Shown: positions 19,680-29,454 of the stretch, piece by piece
How positions within the stretch are numbered: the stretch's first letter is position 1
Layout: each line of letters begins with the position of its first letter
Notes under the pieces: generated by a model
Told to the model about the DNA's origin: nothing
The model's input: only the letters and a program-made list of their open reading frames with translations
Databases searched by the model: none
NCBI GenBank assembly: GCA_964473825.1
Contig: CAYYQL010000003.1
Span: 89,640-153,639, forward strand
Source: an uncultured archaeon
GTDB lineage: Archaea; Asgardarchaeota; Thorarchaeia; Thorarchaeales; Thorarchaeaceae
DNA: 64,000 nucleotides
Reading direction: 5' to 3'
Made by a program: the position numbers and the translations under genes

Positions 19680-20018
19680 CTGTCCGATGAAGGTGGAATT
19701 TGTCCCAATTGCGGTCTCCCTACAGATCTGTGCGTGTGTGAGACCATAGCGCAAGAAGAAGCTCGAATAACCGTGACTGTCGAACGAAGAAAGTGGGGGA
19801 GAATGACCACTGTTGTCGAAGGCTTTGATAAAAATATAGACCTTGGTGATATGGCCACGAAGCTGAAAAGCAAGCTTGCGTGCGGCGGTGCCGCGAAGCG
19901 TGGACATGTGGAACTCCAAGGCGACCATCGCGGTGTGATTGTTGATGTTCTTTCCAAGATGGGTTTCCCTGAGGAGTCAATCAATGTCGACTGGTCATTC
20001 AAGGGTGGACGAAGATAG
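19680..20018 (+). CDS. sui1: Translation initiation factor aIF1/SUI1, probable CTG start
   Basis: CPNCGLPTDLCVCE knuckle, RRKWGR..TVVEG, LKSKLACGG, ELQGDHR; in-frame TAA at 19674-76; AGGAG SD at 19665. Confidence 0.93.
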   Translation: MSDEGGICPNCGLPTDLCVCETIAQEEARITVTVERRKWGRMTTVVEGFDKNIDLGDMATKLKSKLACGGAAKRGHVELQGDHRGVIVDVLSKMGFPEESINVDWSFKGGRR

Positions 20019-20085
20019 GGCCAATCATGAAGATTCGTTGTTCAAAGACCTAGGTGTTCTAGCAGAGGCTGTGGCAACTATCTTG

Positions 20086-21054
20086 CTATCTTCCAGTCGA
20101 TTTCGCATCGATTTCGAGTACTTCAACGATCTCCTTGTAGCGATTCCTCACAGTAACCTCTGTGACACGGGCCACTTCGGCAATCTCTCGTTGTGTCTTT
20201 CTTTCATCGAGCATTATTGAGGCAACATAGATTGCAGCTGCAGCAAGGCCAAGCGGATCTCTTCCAATTGTCAGTCCCTTCTCGCGGCTCTGCTGGAGTA
20301 TTTCTACAGTTCTCAGTTGTACAGGACTTGATAGATCCAGTTGGGACGCAAACCGGGAGATGTAGTCAATAGGATTGGACAGAGGTATCTTAACATTCAA
20401 GCTTCTCAACAGCAGACGATAACACTGTCCGAGTTTCTTCTTGTCGATTCTTGAAACATCGGCAACCTCGTCAAGAGGTCGGGGTTTGATTCGCATCCGA
20501 CAAGCGGCATATAGGGTAGCTGCAACCATGGCCTCGATTGAGCGTCCTCTGACAAGTTTCTTGATGATAGATTTTCTATAGAGTACGGCTGCAAGCTCCC
20601 TGATTGGTTTCGGAATGCCAAGTTGGGATGATAGCCTCTCCAACTCCGACATTGCCTGAGCTAGGTTTCTGTCCATTGAGCTATGCACGCGTGAACGTAT
20701 CTGCCATTTCCTCAGCCTGTAAACCTCAGATCTCCGTCGGGGGCTCAACTTCCTACCCGAAGTATCTCTGTCCCTCCAATCAATTACTGTGGAGAGACCC
20801 TTATCGTGAACGGTGTACCTCATAGGGGAACCGACGCGACTTCTTGCCTCTGCCTCTTCAGCGGTGAAGGATCTCCACTCAGCACCAGAATCAATGTGAT
20901 GATCTGATAGAACAAGGCCACATCCCCCACATACTCTCTCACCACGAGCGAGGTCTTCAACGACAAGCTCAGAAGCGCACTCCGGGCAAACGGTCTTTTC
21001 TGTTGGCTCAGGAATACCTTCTTTCTCAGTGGAATAGCCATGTACGCTCTTCAC
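20086..21054 (-). CDS. tfb: Transcription factor B
   Basis: CPEC..CGGCG Zn ribbon, EWRSF, HDKGLST, two cyclin repeats, TEVTVRNRYKE. Confidence 0.97.
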   Translation of the reverse strand: MKSVHGYSTEKEGIPEPTEKTVCPECASELVVEDLARGERVCGGCGLVLSDHHIDSGAEWRSFTAEEAEARSRVGSPMRYTVHDKGLSTVIDWRDRDTSGRKLSPRRRSEVYRLRKWQIRSRVHSSMDRNLAQAMSELERLSSQLGIPKPIRELAAVLYRKSIIKKLVRGRSIEAMVAATLYAACRMRIKPRPLDEVADVSRIDKKKLGQCYRLLLRSLNVKIPLSNPIDYISRFASQLDLSSPVQLRTVEILQQSREKGLTIGRDPLGLAAAAIYVASIMLDERKTQREIAEVARVTEVTVRNRYKEIVEVLEIDAKSTGR

Positions 21055-21269
21055 ACAAATCTCCCCTAGAGTGTGAATGAGATGTTGGAACTGCAGAATG
21101 TCAAGGCAGAATCAAGGTATCTATGCAGCTCCCATTACTCAACTTAACACAGGCGAAAGAACGCTTTTAACGGTTGCGAAGGACGGTTTCCTAATGGACA
21201 TTCTGCCCATCCTAGAGAAACTCGCTCCGATTTCTTGGACACTCTCGGTATTCCTTTTTCGGAACTGAA

Positions 21270-22223
21270 CTATGTTGTCTGCTCGTAGCCATCCTCGGTC
21301 ACAATCACTGTGTGCTCATGTTGAGAAACAAGCTCTTCCTTGTCTTCAGCAAGGATGTTGTGCGCTATCAGAGCACCATTCTGTCGAAGCTCACGGATAG
21401 CCATTTTGAGTTCGGCGTTCTTCATCTCCTTTGCTACCCATCTCTCTGCAAAAGGAAACTCCTGATACTTGCGTCGAGCAATGGCGAGAAACTTCTTTGA
21501 ACCGCGAAATCTCACTGGGACTCTGATTGGAAGTAGCTGGTAGATCAATGGATTTGGAAGATCGCTGACGTTACCCGAACCTGTACTGGCGAAGGTCTCA
21601 ATCGCATAGACTTCTCCTGCTTCAACCAGCACCTCTGATTTGCCGGACACACAGGGCACTTGCTTATCTGAGTGAAGTTCGTACTCTTGGAGCTGATGTC
21701 CTGATAGTTGCTTTACTGGCTGGAAACCTGCACTCTGAATGGTGTCTTCAATCAATGCACCGATGGTGTTCAGCTTGGCACCGGGCCGCATCATCTTGAT
21801 CGCCACAGTGGTTGCATCTTCTGCAGCCTTAACAAGGTCTTGATGGTCTGGATTGAGAGCAACAGTGAAGGCGCTATCAGAAATACAACCGTCAATATGT
21901 GCGCCACAGTCGATTGTTACCAGATCCCCTTCCTGAATTACTGTTTCATCATCTAATGGCGAGGTATAGTGTGCTGCCACATGATTTAGAGCCACATTGC
22001 ACGGAAATGCGATTCCTGTAGCGCTTTCCAAGATATGCTTTTCAACGGCTTCAACAATATCTAAGACCTTAACATCGGGCTCAACCATCCTCCGGGCAAT
22101 ATCAAGCGCATCCTTTGCCACAATCCCTGCTCTCCGCCACTTCTCCCACTCATCCTCCGGCTCTTCGTTCTCGGTGGTCTTTTCTTTTGTTTCGGATGAT
22201 TCTTTATCTGACACCACTATCAC
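21270..22223 (-). CDS. map: Methionine aminopeptidase type II
   Basis: AFPCN, AAHYT, DCGAHIDG..SDSA, LSGH, AIETF, SQHEHT. Confidence 0.96.
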   Translation of the reverse strand: MIVVSDKESSETKEKTTENEEPEDEWEKWRRAGIVAKDALDIARRMVEPDVKVLDIVEAVEKHILESATGIAFPCNVALNHVAAHYTSPLDDETVIQEGDLVTIDCGAHIDGCISDSAFTVALNPDHQDLVKAAEDATTVAIKMMRPGAKLNTIGALIEDTIQSAGFQPVKQLSGHQLQEYELHSDKQVPCVSGKSEVLVEAGEVYAIETFASTGSGNVSDLPNPLIYQLLPIRVPVRFRGSKKFLAIARRKYQEFPFAERWVAKEMKNAELKMAIRELRQNGALIAHNILAEDKEELVSQHEHTVIVTEDGYEQTT

Positions 22224-22283
22224 CTATGCTACTGTTTCATCTCGATAGAAGCCTAATATCACATAAAACTGACGGAAAGACAC

Positions 22284-22709
22284 TTACAGCACGCTTGCTA
22301 TTCTCGTAGCAATGCGGCTCATCATAAAGAACAAGTACCCTATATTTGCGCGTTTGTTGGTGAGAACGGCCAGTAATGCATCCTCTCCTGCATTACAAAT
22401 CACCACATAACCGTCGTCACCCTCGACAAGCATGCGAACCAGCTCTCCGCGTTTTAGCTCACCGAAGACCTTCCGTGTGGACATGTCTATCTGTGTTGCA
22501 CGACCAGCAATCACATCCTCCTCTGGAACCATGCCCTTGTCAGTCCCTGAGGGATAGTGGGATTGTATCGTAAGCCCCTGTGATTTTGAGATTATCATGC
22601 TGGCCTCTATGTTCCCTTGGGAGGCTCGGCTTAGGTCCTCAAGAAGTTCATTCAGCATTTCAGTCTTGCTTGACAATGTGCTTTCCTCCCTTGGGTATCG
22701 TTCTGTCAA
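22284..22709 (-). CDS. Roadblock/LC7 domain protein
   Basis: IEASMIISKSQGLTI, ELKRGELVRMLVEGDDGYVVI, LAVLT...NIGYLFF. Confidence 0.9.
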   Translation of the reverse strand: MTERYPREESTLSSKTEMLNELLEDLSRASQGNIEASMIISKSQGLTIQSHYPSGTDKGMVPEEDVIAGRATQIDMSTRKVFGELKRGELVRMLVEGDDGYVVICNAGEDALLAVLTNKRANIGYLFFMMSRIATRIASVL

Positions 22710-22726
22710 TGACCAAGCTCGGATAT

Positions 22727-23500
22727 TTAAACTCTCTTGGAACCCGCATCCTTCAGTGCTTTGATGATTTCGGCAAGCCCCTTTCCATCATCCTTTGGAA
22801 CCTGCTCCTCTATATAGGTGCCCTGAACGACAATTGACGCTCCTGAATCTATGGCGCCAGCAACCGCTGCTGGGTCGTTGAACCCTCCACCCGTAATGAC
22901 TGGGATATCCACAAACTGAGATACCGTGCTGATGATTTCCGAGGGCACACCGCCCCCTTCTGCGCCGCTTCCCCCCTCCAAGTAGACCAACTTGAAGCCC
23001 ATGAACTGGGCTGCTAGCGCATACATCAGGACAATCTTCGGCTTGTCTCTTGGAAAGACCTTTGCGTCACCGACCCATGCTGCGGTCTTTCCGGGTGCAA
23101 TCAATAGATATCCCATTGGGATGGTCTCTATGCCGGAGAGTCGAACCTTTCCCGCCCCTAAAGCCTGCGCCCCAATAATCCAATAGGGGTTTGTGCTATT
23201 CAGCAGACTCATGAAGAACATAGCATCCGCGTGTTCGGAAACGCCTGTGATGTTACCTGGAAATAGAATGGTGGGAATCTCAACCGCTTCTGTGATGGCT
23301 CTTACAGAATCGTCAATCACGCCGAAGATCGTACTACCTCCGATCATGATGGCATCTGTGCCTGCCTTCTCGGAGAGCTGTGCCAATTCAACAACCGTTT
23401 CTGTGGTCATCTTCAATGGATCCGGATCCAAGAGGGAGAAATGAAGTGCGCCCTCTCTGTCGATCTTGTTTCTGATGTACTTCCACACCTTTCCGGTCAT
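22727..23500 (-). CDS. pcrB: Geranylgeranylglyceryl phosphate synthase
   Basis: LLDPD, DAIMIGGS, ILFPG, FMSLLNS, YLEGGSG. Confidence 0.95.
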   Translation of the reverse strand: MTGKVWKYIRNKIDREGALHFSLLDPDPLKMTTETVVELAQLSEKAGTDAIMIGGSTIFGVIDDSVRAITEAVEIPTILFPGNITGVSEHADAMFFMSLLNSTNPYWIIGAQALGAGKVRLSGIETIPMGYLLIAPGKTAAWVGDAKVFPRDKPKIVLMYALAAQFMGFKLVYLEGGSGAEGGGVPSEIISTVSQFVDIPVITGGGFNDPAAVAGAIDSGASIVVQGTYIEEQVPKDDGKGLAEIIKALKDAGSKRV

Positions 23501-23665
23501 GACATCTTCTCCGTGGGCTGAAGGCTTCGCCTTTATCGTTGCTTTTTATCGTTTTGGTGAGATAGTTGAGAGTTTTCGACTAATCGCGAAAGGAACGGCA
23601 TGATTCAATCCTTCTTCTGTGAGCCTGAACACCCGACTGCGAGAGGCTGGGACCTGAATTTCTAG

Positions 23666-24283
23666 TCAGGTTTTTGGAGTCATCCTTCCAGTCCGCTTCA
23701 TGTATTCTCTGTACTCATCACCAAACTGATCCAGAAGCATCTCTTCCTCCCTCTTCGCGATGGAGTAGTACGCAGGTATCCCGAATAGCATGACTGTGGT
23801 CACTATGGATGGAATTAAGAGAAAGAGCCCCATGAAGCAGATGGCATAAGAAGTGTAAGAGGGATGTCTGACCCACCGATATGGTCCATTCGTAATCAGA
23901 ACGTGCTCCTGACTCATCGCCCATGAAGATGCCATGTCGTTTCTTACCCACCGGGACCAAGCATGGATTGGAATTCCCACCACAATGAGAAACAATCCCG
24001 CCAGCCAAATTGCTGGGAGAGGATTGAAGAGCGGAATCAATGCCAATAGGATGCCCCTGCCAAGCACGCCCACCCATTCTAGAGTCAGCATCAATACCAA
24101 GGCAAATGATAGTAGGGTACTGATCATTGCCGCAATCATCGGTAGAGAGCCTACTGTGTAATCAGATTGTTGTAGGTTCACCTCATCACGCCGTACCTTC
24201 TTCCAGTCAAGGTAGACATGCATAAGGACATCTCCTAACGCGAGAAACGATATCAAAGGACCAACAAGATTGATGTCTAACAT
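23666..24283 (-). CDS. Isoprenylcysteine carboxylmethyltransferase family membrane protein
   Basis: LITNGPYRWVRHPSY, EEEMLLDQFGDEYREY. Confidence 0.9.
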   Translation of the reverse strand: MLDINLVGPLISFLALGDVLMHVYLDWKKVRRDEVNLQQSDYTVGSLPMIAAMISTLLSFALVLMLTLEWVGVLGRGILLALIPLFNPLPAIWLAGLFLIVVGIPIHAWSRWVRNDMASSWAMSQEHVLITNGPYRWVRHPSYTSYAICFMGLFLLIPSIVTTVMLFGIPAYYSIAKREEEMLLDQFGDEYREYMKRTGRMTPKT

Positions 24284-24578
24284 GTGGTTACAATAGCCTT
24301 GGGGCTTTTGAGGCTTGCATTCTTAGCAGAGCAAGCACATCCTGCCCATCCGAGTCTTCGTGGGATAAGAAGTGCTGCTAAACCCATATTCTGGTCTTGT
24401 ATGCCTCAGACTATTCACCTGAATCCTTCAGTTGATAACTATAGCACAACCTGTGCTTCGGCATAATCCGCAACGCTTTATTACCTCAATCCCAGTCTTC
24501 GCAAGACGTATCGCCAACTGGCCGACGGCTGCAAATCACAATGCGCCAAAGCTAGAGGGTGTATCCGAGGAGAACAAA

Positions 24579-26540
24579 ATGCCTGAATCAAGAATCGGCG
24601 TCTTCCTGTGCCATTGTGGCAGTAACATAGCAGGCGTCGTGGACATACCCACCGTGATGGAAGAAGTCAAGACTATTCCTGATGTTGTTCATGTTGAAGA
24701 TTACAAATACGTGTGTTCCAAGCCAGGCCAACAGATTGTCAAAGACAAAATCAAAGAACACAAACTGAACCGCATTGTGATTGGGGCATGCTCCCCAAGA
24801 ATGCATGAACTGACTTTCAGACAGACAATGCGTGAGGGCGGTCTCAACCCCTTCCTTCTAGAGATTGCCAATCTCCGTGAACACGACAGTTGGATTCATT
24901 CGAATGACCCCGAGGCCGCCACCGAAAAGGCGGTCGATCTGGTTCGTATGGCCGTGGCTCGTGCTAGACTTCTGGAACCTCTTGAGGAATCTGAGGTCGA
25001 TATCAGGAAGTCAACACTGATAATCGGAGCAGGAATAGCTGGGATCTCGGCGGCACTGGACTTGGCAGATGCTGGTTTCAAGGTATATCTTGTGGAGAGA
25101 GAACCGAGCATAGGCGGAAAGATGGCACGACACGATAAGACATTTCCAACTCTTGATTGTTCAAGCTGTATCCTCACGCCCAGAATGGCTGAGGCTGGAG
25201 CTCACCCAAATATTGAGATTCTAACAATGGCCGAAGTTGAAAATGTCGACGGTTATGTTGGGAATTTCGAGGTCACTGTCAAACAGAAGCCGAGATACGT
25301 TATAGAAGACAAATGCACCTCCTGTGGCGATTGCTCTGACGTATGCCCCGTTGACATTCCTGCTGAGTTTGACGCTAATCTCACGTATCGTAAGGCAATC
25401 TACATCCCATTTGCTCAGGCTGTGCCTTCGGCTTATCTGCTCGATATGAACAGCTGCCTTGGCGTGGATGCAGTTCGTTGCGGCAAATGCAAGGATGCAT
25501 GTGAGGCTGAAGCAATCAACTATGATGATTCTCTCAGTATCATCAAGTTAGAAGTGGGAACTATTATTGTTGCAACAGGTTTCGACATCTTTGATGCAAC
25601 CCAGAAGGAGGAGTATGGATACGGCGAGTTTGCAAACGTTGTGAACATCATGGAGATGGAGCGCATGTTGAGTGCTGCTGGTCCCACCGAAGGTCATGTA
25701 GTTCGCCCCTCCGATTCTCAGGAGCCGAAGAAAATAGTCTACATCCAGTGCGTCGGCAGCCGAGATGAAAAGACGAACAAGTATTGCTCCCGAATCTGTT
25801 GCATGACAGCTATCAAGCAGGCACGAATGATACGTGACAAGACAGGGGCGCAGATTTATCTCTTCTATATTGACCTCAGGACCTTCGGCAAAGGCTATGA
25901 AGAGTTCTATGAAGAAACTGCCTCGGCGGGTGTAACTTTCATTCGAGGCAGGGTTGGTGAGATTATCGAACAGGCCGATCACGGCTTGGTCGTAAGAGGA
26001 GAAGACACCTTACTTGGCAAACCCATCCAGCTTGAGGATGTTGATCTTGTTGTTCTCTCGACTGGAGTTGTCCCGTCGCAGGGGGCCAAGAGCATCGCGA
26101 AGATTCTCAATCTCAGCCAATCGCCTGATGGATTTCTGATGGAGGCACATCCCAAACTTAGACCAGTAGACAGCTTCAATGATGGTATCTTTGTTGCTGG
26201 CATGGCTCAAGGCCCAAAGGACATCCCTGATACCGTTGCACAAGCGAAGGCTGCATCCTCGGGAGCGATGTCTCTTATGGGCAAGGGCCGGATTACCGTT
26301 GAACCCTACTACACCATTGTGGATGAGGACAAGTGTGCGGGTTGTAGGGTCTGTGTTTCTGTGTGTCCTTACAACGCAGTGACCATAAACGAGCGAGGAA
26401 TGGCGAATGTCAACCCAGCTCTCTGCAAGGGGTGTGGTACCTGCACGTCTACATGTCCAAGCGGGGCAATGAAATCACAGCACTATACTGACGGCCAGAT
26501 ATCTGCAATGATAAAGGAGTATCTGTCGGTCCATGAATAA
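24579..26540 (+). CDS. hdrA: Heterodisulfide reductase subunit A
   Basis: RIGVFLCHCG, ACSPRMHE, IGAGIAG, KTFPTLDCSSC, CVGSRD, CSRICC, ferredoxin motifs. Confidence 0.96.
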   Translation: MPESRIGVFLCHCGSNIAGVVDIPTVMEEVKTIPDVVHVEDYKYVCSKPGQQIVKDKIKEHKLNRIVIGACSPRMHELTFRQTMREGGLNPFLLEIANLREHDSWIHSNDPEAATEKAVDLVRMAVARARLLEPLEESEVDIRKSTLIIGAGIAGISAALDLADAGFKVYLVEREPSIGGKMARHDKTFPTLDCSSCILTPRMAEAGAHPNIEILTMAEVENVDGYVGNFEVTVKQKPRYVIEDKCTSCGDCSDVCPVDIPAEFDANLTYRKAIYIPFAQAVPSAYLLDMNSCLGVDAVRCGKCKDACEAEAINYDDSLSIIKLEVGTIIVATGFDIFDATQKEEYGYGEFANVVNIMEMERMLSAAGPTEGHVVRPSDSQEPKKIVYIQCVGSRDEKTNKYCSRICCMTAIKQARMIRDKTGAQIYLFYIDLRTFGKGYEEFYEETASAGVTFIRGRVGEIIEQADHGLVVRGEDTLLGKPIQLEDVDLVVLSTGVVPSQGAKSIAKILNLSQSPDGFLMEAHPKLRPVDSFNDGIFVAGMAQGPKDIPDTVAQAKAASSGAMSLMGKGRITVEPYYTIVDEDKCAGCRVCVSVCPYNAVTINERGMANVNPALCKGCGTCTSTCPSGAMKSQHYTDGQISAMIKEYLSVHE

Positions 26541-26609
26541 GGGATGCTTCTGTCCTCTCAGTCACCTATGTCAATCGACGCATGAGTCCCCCTTGGAGCG
26601 ATGTGAGAA

Positions 26610-27239
26610 ATGGATGAATCGGACCTGACAGTTGCAGTTCTTGCCGGCGGGAATTCAAGCCGTTTCCAGATGGAGAAAGCACTGGCCCCATTCAATGGTC
26701 GTCCGCTTGTAAAACATATGATAGACACTGCCAGTACAATCTCTCCCAATACGTTACTCGTACTCAATGCAGAACAAGAGACTGCCCAATTCGAAGAGGT
26801 GCTTGGGAGCGTACGAGTTGTTCGTGATCCTGAGGACTCGGTCAAGAGTGCGCTGACTGGAGCAGTCACTGCATTCGAGTTCGCTGAGACTCGATACACA
26901 CTTCTTCTCCCCGTCGACACACCTCTCGCGAACACCACACTTCTGAGAATGCTTGGAGACCTTGCTCCAGGCCATGGTGCAGTTGTCCCTTCTTGGCCTT
27001 CTGGATATATCGAACCCCTTCATGCTGTCTATCTCTCAGAGCATGCATATGCTAACGGTCTGGATGTGCTGGAATCAGGAAAACACCGGATGAGCGATCT
27101 GCTGGATAGGCTTCGGAATGTTCTCTTCATATCAACGGCCATCTTGGAGCAGTTTGATCCGGAACTAAACACTTTCAAGAATCTCAACACCCCTGCTGAG
27201 CTTCGCGAGCTGGAGAGCATCTTAGCCAAGCGACGCTAG
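26610..27239 (+). CDS. mobA: Molybdenum cofactor guanylyltransferase
   Basis: VLAGGNSSRF..EKAL, PVDTP, EPLHAVY, NLNTP. Confidence 0.9.
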   Translation: MDESDLTVAVLAGGNSSRFQMEKALAPFNGRPLVKHMIDTASTISPNTLLVLNAEQETAQFEEVLGSVRVVRDPEDSVKSALTGAVTAFEFAETRYTLLLPVDTPLANTTLLRMLGDLAPGHGAVVPSWPSGYIEPLHAVYLSEHAYANGLDVLESGKHRMSDLLDRLRNVLFISTAILEQFDPELNTFKNLNTPAELRELESILAKRR

Positions 27240-28324
27240 ACCGGAATGTTCTCGTGTCTAATCCGGCAGGTGCCTTCGTGTCCTACCATGCAGGGCCCAT
27301 AGGGGTCAGCCGGGGTACAGCGTTCTCCAAAGAGTGGACAATCCACCGGGTCGACCATGCCGAGAATCACCTTGTGACAGAGACAACCCGGCAGAATATC
27401 AACTGATTCGATTGGAGGGAAGTCATACTTCTCTCTCGCGTCAAAATCCGAGAATTGTTCTTTCAGGAAGTATCCCGAGTCTCTGATTATGCCTAGCCCT
27501 CTCCATGGTGCATCTCGAAGGTCGAAGGTATCGCTGAGAGCCTTCTGTGCTGCTGGATTTCCTCCAGGTCTCACGACACGTCTGTATTCATTCTCTGATT
27601 CTGCTCTCCCCTCTTCTAACTGGACTAGTATCATGCGGATGCTCTCCAGAACATCTAGAGGCTCAAATCCCGCCGCCACGCATGGCACATGATATTTGCT
27701 TGCTAAGGGTTGAAAGACCTCTGTTCCAGTGACTACACTAACATGTCCGGGAGTGATGAAACCATCAACTGCAAATCCCTCAATATTCATCAGAAGATCC
27801 ATGGCGGGTGGAATGACCTTGAGAGAAGTGAGCACAGAGAGGTTCTCAGGAGGAGTGCGAAGCACTTCCAAAGCTATTGTCGGCGCTGTTGTTTCGAAAC
27901 CCGCCGCAACGAAGATGACCTCCTTGTTTGGGTTGTCCGCTGCTATTTTGACTGCCTCGTTCGCGCCATAGACAACTCGGACATCTGCCCCTTCAGCCTT
28001 CTCTCGGGCTAGAGAGGAATCTGTTGAAGGAACACGTATCATATCTCCGAAGGTTGCAACAATATGACCTCTTCGGGCAAGCTCAATGGCCATGTCAACA
28101 TCTTCGGCCGCGCAGACACAGACTGGACAGCCAGGACCAGCGACCAGTTCTATTGTCTGGGGAAGAAGGGATCGAATGCCATTGCTACTTATAGTATCTT
28201 CATGGGTTCCGCATACGTGCACGATTCTGAAATGTCGGTTCCGACTCAATCTCCTGATTTCATCTACAACCGCGTGAGCATATCTAGCATCTCGAAATCC
28301 ACTCTGTTCAAGCATGGGCCCCAT
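27236..28324 (-). CDS. hypD: Hydrogenase maturation protein HypD
   Basis: VCGTHE, GPGCPVC, GFETTAP, PGHVS, GPCMV..EGTC. Confidence 0.96.
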   Translation of the reverse strand: MGPMLEQSGFRDARYAHAVVDEIRRLSRNRHFRIVHVCGTHEDTISSNGIRSLLPQTIELVAGPGCPVCVCAAEDVDMAIELARRGHIVATFGDMIRVPSTDSSLAREKAEGADVRVVYGANEAVKIAADNPNKEVIFVAAGFETTAPTIALEVLRTPPENLSVLTSLKVIPPAMDLLMNIEGFAVDGFITPGHVSVVTGTEVFQPLASKYHVPCVAAGFEPLDVLESIRMILVQLEEGRAESENEYRRVVRPGGNPAAQKALSDTFDLRDAPWRGLGIIRDSGYFLKEQFSDFDAREKYDFPPIESVDILPGCLCHKVILGMVDPVDCPLFGERCTPADPYGPCMVGHEGTCRIRHENIPV

Positions 28325-28440
28325 GTCCGACTCATACCGGAAAGCTATGAATAAAAGAAATCTGCTTGAGGCCACTACTCCTGATAATAATCTGTTTCTT
28401 ACAGTTTGGTGAGTGAGCCTCCCCTGTAAGAGACTTCTGC

Positions 28441-28494
28441 GTTCCACCCCTCCCCTGCCAGCGTCCAGAGCGGGATGTCAGCAAGGGGGGGAAT
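28441..28494. other. GC-rich intergenic stem-loop
   Basis: GTTCCACCCCTCCCCTGC ... GCAAGGGGGGGAAT complementary arms. Confidence 0.45.
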
Positions 28495-28503
28495 CTTACA
28501 TAT

Positions 28504-28564
28504 ATCTGACACTCTTGTCTGACAGATTAACTAGGAAAAGGGGGTATTTTCACTACTCCTGAAC
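28504..28564 (+). repeat. ~60-nt element A, copy 1 (TCTGACA tandem repeat plus AAAAGGGGGTATTTTCA)
   Basis: ATCTGACACTCTTGTCTGACAGATTAACTAGGAAAAGGGGGTATTTTCACTA matches the reverse complement of 63800-63851. Confidence 0.75.
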
Positions 28565-28855
28565 CATATCGTCAAGTATCACAAGCGCTTCTCCGATGGA
28601 TATGGATAGTCTTGTTGCCAGTTCTCTCGGACTGATATCTGGTTCTACGGGTACGATGTTCTCTCTCACGTATCCCGAAAGATTCGCATATAGTGGGCTT
28701 CTGTGTGTGGTTTCAACCAGAATGTTCCAGAGTGGATGTGTCTTGAAGTTCGCCTTGTCAATATCAATTCCCCTTGTCGAGGGGTATTTTTGCTCGACAT
28801 GTTCGGAGCTAGGAACAACCTCGTTGTTGGGTTTCGTCAGTCTCTCTTGCTTCAC
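28553..28855 (-). CDS. Hypothetical protein with C-terminal HTH-like segment
   Basis: PDISPRELATRLSISIGEALVIL. Confidence 0.7.
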   Translation of the reverse strand: MKQERLTKPNNEVVPSSEHVEQKYPSTRGIDIDKANFKTHPLWNILVETTHRSPLYANLSGYVRENIVPVEPDISPRELATRLSISIGEALVILDDMVQE

Positions 28856-29076
28856 GTGCGAATCCTTCCCGGCATGTACGGTTACCCGTTCTTTTCAAAG
28901 CTCGCTCAACTTGAATAAAAGGATTAGGGCATCAAGCAGCCATGGCCGGAGAATCGCGCTAAATGCAAGGCAGTTGATGGTCACTTCAACTATGCTACTG
29001 CAATGAATGCCTTGTAGTAAGGTTTAACAATGAATCGTCCGAGCAAGCACAAGACATACTGACCAATCGGTCAGCA

Positions 29077-29391
29077 TTGGGGTTTGGAATTATATTGCCA
29101 AGTGGCATACGAAGAATCGTTCTGGACGTTTTGAAACCTCACACTCCTCGTCTCACAGATCTTGCACTCATGATTACGAGAGACGAACATGTGAACGGAC
29201 TGAACATCTCTCTGAAAGAAGTCGACCAAAACACTGAGAGCATAGCTATCACAATCGAGGGCGATGACATTAGGTATGAGACTATCAAAGAGATTCTGGA
29301 GCAAGCAGGTGCAGTGATTCATTCAATCGATCAGGTCGTTGCAGGGAAGGAATTCGTTGAGGAAGTAACCCTCCAACCGGAGAATAGCTGA
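29077..29391 (+). CDS. DUF211 family protein
   Basis: IRRIVLDVLKPH, EVDQNTE, GAVIHSIDQV. Confidence 0.9.
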   Translation: MGFGIILPSGIRRIVLDVLKPHTPRLTDLALMITRDEHVNGLNISLKEVDQNTESIAITIEGDDIRYETIKEILEQAGAVIHSIDQVVAGKEFVEEVTLQPENS

Positions 29392-29454
29392 ACCGATGTA
29401 CGGGTCAAATCAGACATGTAAACGGATGTGTCTGGTCTGCAATGAACCGTATTC

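Noticed and set aside
26541-26592. SECIS element after hdrA
   Set aside because: Weak hairpin with no AUGA/GA core or GAA/A motif, and hdrA has no UGA
28441-28545. Replication origin (ORB boxes)
   Set aside because: GTTCCA and G-strings are present but not the full ORB consensus, and there is no cdc6/orc1 nearby
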